Source: an uncultured Erysipelotrichaceae bacterium
Lineage (GTDB): Bacteria > Bacillota_I > Bacilli_A > Erysipelotrichales > Coprobacillaceae
DNA length: 64,000 nucleotides
Direction: 5' to 3'
NCBI GenBank assembly: GCA_910588075.1
Contig: CAJUOS010000006.1
Location: forward strand, 127-64,126
The stretch's first letter is position 1, and every line of letters begins with the position of its first letter. The translations under genes and the position numbers were made by a program. Positions 58,002 to 64,000 of this stretch are shown here, in pieces. The notes below the pieces were generated by a model. The model made no database searches and had not been told where the DNA came from. It saw nothing but the letters and a program-made list of their open reading frames with translations.

Positions 58002-60779
58002 ATGAGAAAGATAAAAATATTGATTTGTTTAGTAATGATATTTTCATGTGTATGTATCAATGTCATAGATATTTTTGCATTAGAAGAAAAAGAATATGGT
58101 TATTTAGATTTAGATTATACACCTGAACCAAGAAAGGCAAAATCTACATATGCTAGAAATTATGCAATACAACTACCTTCTTCATACAATACAAAAGGAA
58201 CACAATGTGTTACTTCTGTTAAAAATCAAAATCCATATGGAACATGTTGGGCATTTAGTTATATTGCTTTAGCAGAATCTTATATGATGAAACAAAAAGG
58301 TGCTTCATCTGATATTGATTTATCTGAAGCACAATTAGCTTATTTTCTCTATAATAATAAATCTCGTTCTTTAAATGATCCTTTAGGAAATACAAAAGGT
58401 GATGGTATTCATACCTTAGGAAATGATTATTGGGATTTAGGAGGTAATTCTTATTTTGCAAGTCTTTGGTTATCAGGTTATTGTGGAATGACTGATGAAA
58501 GTTTAGCTCCTTATTTAAGTGTTTATGAAAGAAAAACATACACATTAAACAATGATATTGCTTATAATCGTAATAGAGTTCTCTTAAAAAATGCTTATTT
58601 TTTAAGTGATGAATCATCAACATTACAAGATGAAGTTAAACAAGCTATATATAAAAATGGAGCAATTGGAGCTGCTTATTATAGCAAAGATAGTCTTTAT
58701 TATAATCAATCAACAGCAAGTTATTATTGTTCTCAAGAACAACGTACAAATCATGCCATTACTATTGTTGGATGGGATGATTCTTATTCAAAAAGTAATT
58801 TTCGTTCAAACAATCAACCTAAAAATAATGGAGCATGGCTTGTTAAAAACAGTTGGGGAAAAAGTTATGGAAAAAATGGATTGATATGGATATCTTATGA
58901 AGATAAAAGCTTAACTGATTTTATTAGTGCTGAATTTGATAACGCTTCTGCTTATGATCATAACTATCATTATGATGGAGGATTAGGGCTAGGATATATT
59001 TCTATTTACTCTGGTAATAAAGTAGCTAATGTTTATCAAGTCAATGGAAATAAAAGTGGTGGAGATGAATTATTAAAAGCTGTAAGTTTTGGATTGGATT
59101 CAACAGATACAAATTATAGTATTCAAATATATAAAAATATTAAAGATCAATCCAATCCATTAAGTGGAACTGAAGCATTATCAGAACCAGTAAAAGGAAG
59201 AACAACTTATGCAGGAATCTATACAATTGATTTAAATGAAGATGTTCGTTTAAGTCAAGGTGAAATTTATTCAATTGTTATAACATTTACAAATAATGAT
59301 GGAAGTAAAATTAAAGTTTATTGTGATAATGATGCAGATTATGATGATTTTCAAACATTCAATGAAACAAATTATAACCAAAGTTTCTATATTTCTGGTA
59401 ATTATGTACAAGATTTAAAGAATAATAAAAGTGATGATTCTTTTTCTGTAAGAATTAAAGGTTTAACTGTTGATGCTGATAGAAAATTATTAAAAAATAT
59501 TCAGTTGAATAAAAGTAGTATAACAATGAATGTTGGAGAAACAAAAAAATTAACATATACTCTTACACCAAGTGATGTTCAAAGTCAACTTATTTGGAAA
59601 TCTAATAATAAAAATGTATTAACTGTTGATAATAAAGGACAAGTTCATGCTATTGCGAAAGGAACAGCAACTGTTACAGTTACAGACAAAAGTGGATTGT
59701 CTTCAAAATGTTCTATAACTGTAAATCCAATTGTAAATGCTTCAAGTATTCAATTAAATAAAAGTCAGCTGACTTTAAATATTGGTGAACAAGAAACTTT
59801 AAAAGCGACTATTCTTCCATATAATACAACAAATAAGAATATGACATGGAGTTCAAGTAATGAAAAAGTTGCAACTGTAAAAAACGGAGTGATAACAGCT
59901 AAATCTGCTGGAACTACAACAATTACAGTTCATACTATTAATGGAAAAAAAGTAACTTGTACTGTTCAAATTAAAAAGCCAGTAACTCCTCAAGTTATTT
60001 CAAAAGAATCTATTCAAACAGAAGAAAATCAATCAAGAAGTATAACAAAAGTATCTTTAAAAACAGCAAAAGTTACAGTAGGAAATATAACTTATACTGG
60101 TAAAACAGTTCAACCAACAATAAAATTGACTGTAAATGGAAAAACATTAAAAAATGGAGTAGATTATTCTTATACTTATTCAAAACAAAGTCAAGCAGGA
60201 AAAGTTATAGATATTAAAATTATTGGTAAAGGTCTTTATGTTGATAGTATCAATAAGAAAGTTTCAATAGTGAAACAAAATGTATCAAAACTCACATATT
60301 CAAAGATCAGTAATAAATCTTATACAGGAAAACAAATCAAACCAAGTATAACAGTGAAATATAGTGGAAAGATATTGAAAAAAGGAACAGACTATACAGT
60401 AAGCTATGGAAAGAATAAATCAACAGGGAAGGCTACAATCAAAATTACAGGAAAAGGGAACTATACAGGAAGTATTACTAAGACATTCTATATCGTACCA
60501 AAGAAAGTAACAGTAAGTAGTGTAAAGAGTACTGCTAAAAAGAGTGTTGCTGTTAAATATAAAAAAGTCACAGGAGCAAGTGGATATCAGATAGCTTATC
60601 AAAAAAGTGGAAGTAAGAAGTGGACATACACAACAGTATCAAACAAGAGTGCATCAAAGACACTAACAAAACTCACAAGCAAAAAGAACTATAAAGTGAA
60701 AGTAAGAGCTTATAAGACAGTAAGTGGAAAGAAATATTATGGAACATATAGTTCTGTTAAAAATATTAAAGTGAAATAG
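58002..60779 (+). CDS. Secreted papain-family (C1) cysteine peptidase with two Big_2 domains and an Ig-like/Fn3-like Lys-rich C-terminal module
   Basis: Signal peptide. Catalytic contexts QNPYGTCWAFS (Cys), NHAITIVGWDD (His) and NSWG (Asn). Two Big_2-like units (LNKSS(I/L)T(M/L)N(V/I)GE...). C-terminal 165 aa are about 89% identical to the end of the 8719 gene. Start is uncertain by about 2 codons (GTG 57996 or ATG 58002). Confidence 0.85.
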   Translation: MRKIKILICLVMIFSCVCINVIDIFALEEKEYGYLDLDYTPEPRKAKSTYARNYAIQLPSSYNTKGTQCVTSVKNQNPYGTCWAFSYIALAESYMMKQKGASSDIDLSEAQLAYFLYNNKSRSLNDPLGNTKGDGIHTLGNDYWDLGGNSYFASLWLSGYCGMTDESLAPYLSVYERKTYTLNNDIAYNRNRVLLKNAYFLSDESSTLQDEVKQAIYKNGAIGAAYYSKDSLYYNQSTASYYCSQEQRTNHAITIVGWDDSYSKSNFRSNNQPKNNGAWLVKNSWGKSYGKNGLIWISYEDKSLTDFISAEFDNASAYDHNYHYDGGLGLGYISIYSGNKVANVYQVNGNKSGGDELLKAVSFGLDSTDTNYSIQIYKNIKDQSNPLSGTEALSEPVKGRTTYAGIYTIDLNEDVRLSQGEIYSIVITFTNNDGSKIKVYCDNDADYDDFQTFNETNYNQSFYISGNYVQDLKNNKSDDSFSVRIKGLTVDADRKLLKNIQLNKSSITMNVGETKKLTYTLTPSDVQSQLIWKSNNKNVLTVDNKGQVHAIAKGTATVTVTDKSGLSSKCSITVNPIVNASSIQLNKSQLTLNIGEQETLKATILPYNTTNKNMTWSSSNEKVATVKNGVITAKSAGTTTITVHTINGKKVTCTVQIKKPVTPQVISKESIQTEENQSRSITKVSLKTAKVTVGNITYTGKTVQPTIKLTVNGKTLKNGVDYSYTYSKQSQAGKVIDIKIIGKGLYVDSINKKVSIVKQNVSKLTYSKISNKSYTGKQIKPSITVKYSGKILKKGTDYTVSYGKNKSTGKATIKITGKGNYTGSITKTFYIVPKKVTVSSVKSTAKKSVAVKYKKVTGASGYQIAYQKSGSKKWTYTTVSNKSASKTLTKLTSKKNYKVKVRAYKTVSGKKYYGTYSSVKNIKVK
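60282..60779 (+). repeat. Copy B of the dispersed 498-bp coding module (copy A at 10291-10788)
   Basis: See copy A. Same length, no indels, and both end at the stop codon. Confidence 0.9.
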
Positions 60780-60802
60780 AGCGAATTATCGCTCTATTTT
60801 GT
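60776..60802 (+). terminator. Rho-independent terminator
   Basis: 9-bp stem ATAGAGCGA/TCGCTCTAT followed by TTTT. Confidence 0.75.
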
Positions 60803-60894
60803 ATTATAGAAAGAATTGTAGGGAAATTATTTTGTAAAAAGTGTACACTTATGGTGGGGAATTTGTTATAGTTATTATGATGGGGAGTGGGAAA

Positions 60895-61743
60895 ATGAAT
60901 AAAATAGAAATTGTAGTTGTTACAGGAATGTCTGGTGCTGGGAAAACACAGACAATGGCAATATTTGAGAATATGGAATATCAATGTATTGATAATTATC
61001 CAGTTGCTTTATTAAAGGAATTTGGGGAATTATTACGTACATCTAGCACTTATACAAAGGTTGCTATGGCTGTATCTTTATCTGATGCTATTTTTGCAAT
61101 AAGAATTTTATCTAATCTGGATTGGATAGATTTAACAGTTGTCTTTTTAGATGCAGAGAATGAAACTCTTTTATCACGTTATAAACAAACAAGACGATCT
61201 CATCCATTAATGATAAGTAATCGTTCTTCATCACTTTTAGAAGCAATAGATGATGAAAGAAATATGGCAGAACCTATTAGCAAATTAGCAAATATTGTAA
61301 TAGATACAACACTATTGAAACCAGCAAAACTTCAAGATAAATTAGAAATCTATTTCCATAAAGGAAATCAAGAAACATTTAGAATTTCTTTTGTATCATT
61401 TGGTTATAAACATGGTGTTCCAAGAGATGCAGATTTGTTATTGGATGTTCGTTTTTTACCAAATCCATTTTATATAGAAGAATTAAGAAACAAAACTGGT
61501 AATGATAAAGAAGTTTATGATTATGTTATGCAACAACCAGAAACAATAGAATTTATTGAGAAAACAACAGTTTATTATGATTATTTATTGAAGAAATATG
61601 AAGAAGAAGGTAAAATGCAAATGATTATAGGTGTAGGGTGTACTGGTGGACAACATCGTTCTGTAACACTTGCAAATTATTTGGCAGAATATTATTCACA
61701 ATATTATCAAGTTTATAAATGGCATAGAGATGCTCATCATTAG
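60895..61743 (+). CDS. rapZ: RNase adapter / nucleotide-binding protein RapZ (YvcJ)
   Basis: Motifs VVTGMSGAGKT, DVRFLPNP and CTGGQHRSV. Confidence 0.9.
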   Translation: MNKIEIVVVTGMSGAGKTQTMAIFENMEYQCIDNYPVALLKEFGELLRTSSTYTKVAMAVSLSDAIFAIRILSNLDWIDLTVVFLDAENETLLSRYKQTRRSHPLMISNRSSSLLEAIDDERNMAEPISKLANIVIDTTLLKPAKLQDKLEIYFHKGNQETFRISFVSFGYKHGVPRDADLLLDVRFLPNPFYIEELRNKTGNDKEVYDYVMQQPETIEFIEKTTVYYDYLLKKYEEEGKMQMIIGVGCTGGQHRSVTLANYLAEYYSQYYQVYKWHRDAHH

Positions 61744-61754
61744 GAGGAAAGTAC

Positions 61755-62702
61755 GTGTTATCATTTTCTAGAGAGGTTAAAGAAGAAATTGTATTTAATG
61801 ATTTTGATTATCAATGTGAAAAGGCTATATTATGTGCAATGATTAAGATTATTGGGACACTTTCTTTGAGCCAATCTGGTTTATCTTTGGTGTTACGTAC
61901 AGAGAATGCTAAAATAGCATCAAAGTTACATAAATTTTTAAAAGATTTATATCAACCACATATTGAGTTTTTAGTATCAAGAAAAATGAAACTAAAGAAG
62001 AATAATGTATATATTTTACGAGTATCTAAAGCTCGTGAGATTTTAGATGATTTACATTTAATGGAAGGTATAGGAATTCAAAATATACCCGATCAAAGAT
62101 TGTTAGAAACCGATGATCAAAGAAGAGCATATTTAGCAGGTGTATTTTTATCAAGTGGAAGTGTTAATAACCCAGATACTTCTAATTATCATTTAGAAAT
62201 GAGTGTTAATGAGGAAGATTATGCTTATTTTATTGAAGGTTTAATGAATCAATATGAATTAAATGCTAAGGTTATTAAAAGAAGAAATAAATTTGTTATT
62301 TATTTGAAATCAGCAGAAAAGATTGGAGACTTTTTAAGAGCAATAGGCGCAAGTCAATCAGTTATGAATTTTGAAATGACTCGGATTGATCGTTCTATGG
62401 CGAATACAGTTAATCGTTGGAATAATTGTGATATAGCGAATGAAGTAAAAGCAATGAGTGCATCAACTGCTCAAATAGAGGATATTGCTTATGTGATTGA
62501 TAAAGCAGGTATTGAGATATTAGATGCAAAAACACGTCAGGTTGCTTTACTGAGATTAGATAATCCTGAGTTAACACTTAATGAGTTGGCTGATGTTTAT
62601 TTGCAAACAACAGGGCAAACAATTAGTAAATCAGGATTACATCATCGTTTTCAAAAGATAAAAGAAGAAGCACAAAAATTAAGACAAATGGAGAATGAAT
62701 AA
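61755..62702 (+). CDS. whiA: Sporulation/cell-division regulator WhiA
   Basis: GTG start behind AGGAGG. MLSFSREVKEE..., degenerate LAGLIDADG-like repeats (AYLAGVFLSSGSV) and a C-terminal HTH. Confidence 0.9.
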   Translation: MLSFSREVKEEIVFNDFDYQCEKAILCAMIKIIGTLSLSQSGLSLVLRTENAKIASKLHKFLKDLYQPHIEFLVSRKMKLKKNNVYILRVSKAREILDDLHLMEGIGIQNIPDQRLLETDDQRRAYLAGVFLSSGSVNNPDTSNYHLEMSVNEEDYAYFIEGLMNQYELNAKVIKRRNKFVIYLKSAEKIGDFLRAIGASQSVMNFEMTRIDRSMANTVNRWNNCDIANEVKAMSASTAQIEDIAYVIDKAGIEILDAKTRQVALLRLDNPELTLNELADVYLQTTGQTISKSGLHHRFQKIKEEAQKLRQMENE

Positions 62703-62922
62703 TATGGAAAATATTAATATTAAGTTTGGAAGACGGGTTAGAGAATTACGTTTAAGACAAGAAATATCTCAAGAAGAATTAGCATTTCGTTGTCAACTTT
62801 CTAAAAATTATATTTCTGATGTAGAACGTGGAACAAGAAATGTAACACTTAAAGTTGTAGATAAATTTGCTATTGGACTTGATGTTCATCCTAGTTATTT
62901 GTTTCAATGGCATGATGAATAA
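62695..62922 (+). CDS. XRE-family HTH transcriptional regulator
   Basis: FGRRVRELRLRQEISQEELAFRCQLSKNYISDVERG. Overlaps the whiA stop. Confidence 0.8.
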   Translation: MNNMENINIKFGRRVRELRLRQEISQEELAFRCQLSKNYISDVERGTRNVTLKVVDKFAIGLDVHPSYLFQWHDE

Positions 62923-62990
62923 CATAGAAAAAGTTCATTTATAGTTTATATTTGTCATATAGACTACAATGTATATAAAGGAGAAAATAT

Positions 62991-63260
62991 ATGGGATATA
63001 GTTATTTATATTTATTTTGTTTGTTAATATTAATTATGGTGGTTATGAGGTTCTTTTTACCTTTTTTCATTTATTTATTTCCTATTTTATTAATTGTGTA
63101 TGTGGTGAAAGCTATTTTTGCAAGACCTAAAAGATCAACATATGAACAAACATATCAAAACCAACAAACAACTTATAACCAAACAAATCAATCATCTGAT
63201 CCTAATGTTATTGATGTAGATTATAAAGTTGTTGATGAAGAAGATAATGACACTCATTAG
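62991..63260 (+). CDS. Small membrane protein with Gln/Asn-rich tail
   Basis: Two TM segments followed by QTYQNQQTTYNQTNQ. AGGAGA RBS. Confidence 0.5.
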   Translation: MGYSYLYLFCLLILIMVVMRFFLPFFIYLFPILLIVYVVKAIFARPKRSTYEQTYQNQQTTYNQTNQSSDPNVIDVDYKVVDEEDNDTH

Positions 63261-63287
63261 AGTGTTTTTTAAAAGGGGGAATTTATT

Positions 63288-64000
63288 GTGATTTGTTTAA
63301 AATGTAAACATGAAATAGAAGATGATGCAAAATTCTGCTCCCATTGTGGAATAAAAATAAAGAGATGTCCATCATGTCATCAACCTCTATTTGAAAATGC
63401 AAAGTATTGTTCACATTGTGGAAAAGATGTTTATAAACCTATTCAAGAAGAACATTTAGAAGGATATTATCAACCTATAAATCATCAACCCATTTTTGAA
63501 GAAGAAAAATCTAAAGTTGTATTTCAAGATATACAAACAGAAAAAAAGATAAATATTCCAGTTATTTTATTAAGTGTTTTGACTTTAATTATTTTAACAG
63601 TATGGGGGTATGGGTACTTAGACAAAACAAAAAATGCAGAGGTATTTAAAAAAGAGACTACTATTCAAGAAAATCCTCAACATCGCCAAATATTAAAAAT
63701 AAAAGGAACAACATCAGAAGTTTCTATGAGAGCTAATCTCAATCAAGGAGGACATGTTCTTTTTTATAAAGATAGACTATATATGAATAGTGATGATGGA
63801 CAATTTGTATCCATGAATAATCAATTACAAGATCGTCAAATATTATATAAAGGAAATGTGGAGTATGTAAATATTGTTGATGATGTTATTTATTATACAA
63901 ATGAGAATAATCAACTTTGTTCTATGGATATAGATGGAAAAAATCAAAAAGTAATTTTAAATAAGAAAGTATTTTATGTAGTTGTGAAAGAGAATAAAGT
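63288..64000 (+). CDS. Double zinc-ribbon membrane protein with DUF5050-like beta-propeller-type C-terminal region (3' end truncated by the window)
   Basis: GTG behind AAGGGGGA. CLKC...CSHCG and CPSC...CSHCG, one TM segment, then repeats such as LYMNSDDGQ / IYYTNENNQLCSMDIDGKNQ. Open to the end of the window. Not in the ORF track. Confidence 0.6.
   Translation, partial: MICLKCKHEIEDDAKFCSHCGIKIKRCPSCHQPLFENAKYCSHCGKDVYKPIQEEHLEGYYQPINHQPIFEEEKSKVVFQDIQTEKKINIPVILLSVLTLIILTVWGYGYLDKTKNAEVFKKETTIQENPQHRQILKIKGTTSEVSMRANLNQGGHVLFYKDRLYMNSDDGQFVSMNNQLQDRQILYKGNVEYVNIVDDVIYYTNENNQLCSMDIDGKNQKVILNKKVFYVVVKENK

Noticed and set aside
1-64000. Searched by eye for tRNA/rRNA genes, IS elements, integrases, phage genes, toxin-antitoxin pairs, restriction-modification, CBASS/Thoeris/retron-like defence genes and biosynthetic clusters
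   Set aside because: None were found. Every ORF of 150 aa or more has a housekeeping, transport, regulatory or surface-protein assignment, or is a small membrane or hypothetical protein without system-like neighbours.

Overview
This is a visibly AT-rich chromosomal segment from a low-GC Firmicute. Gene content, LPXTG-variant sorting signals (VQTGD, VKTSD) and a SecA without the C-terminal zinc finger suggest a Clostridia- or Erysipelotrichia-like gut anaerobe; that is inference only. I count about 60 protein-coding genes. I found no rRNA or tRNA genes, no CRISPR array, and no transposase, integrase or phage genes.

The backbone is housekeeping:
- yybP-ykoY riboswitch-mntP, yigZ and degV
- a Bce-type peptide-antibiotic sensing and detoxification module (response regulator, kinase, ABC ATPase, FtsX-type permease) with a textbook BceR box
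- a hom-lysC-asd operon and an FNT channel
- a complete nine-gene V/A-type ATPase operon
- asnB, comFA-comFC, csp, secA-prfB, ftsEX, pgsA, gpmI, a hisC-like aminotransferase, trxB and rapZ-whiA

Five large secreted or surface proteins are interspersed:
- a GH16 glucanase
- a GH25 muramidase
- a transglutaminase-like/LRR protein
- a 1457-aa beta-helix adhesin carrying 42 thrombospondin-type-3-like calcium-binding units
- a papain-family (C1) peptidase

I do not see a convincing multi-gene novel defence, toxin or biosynthetic system, and I say so plainly. The leads most worth a second look are:
1. A class-I c-di-GMP riboswitch with two look-alike terminators in front of the secreted C1 peptidase.
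2. A 498-bp module, about 90% identical, forming the 3' ends of two otherwise unrelated surface-protein genes 50 kb apart.
3. A leader-ORF plus terminator attenuator-like leader on hom-lysC-asd, with no recognisable riboswitch or T-box.
4. The 147-bp higher-order repeat array in the adhesin.
5. An unknown-protein + WYL-regulator pair abutting the Bce module.
6. A small gene-decay patch with an agrB-like remnant.

All RNA-element and start-codon coordinates come from reading the sequence by eye and are approximate to a few nucleotides.
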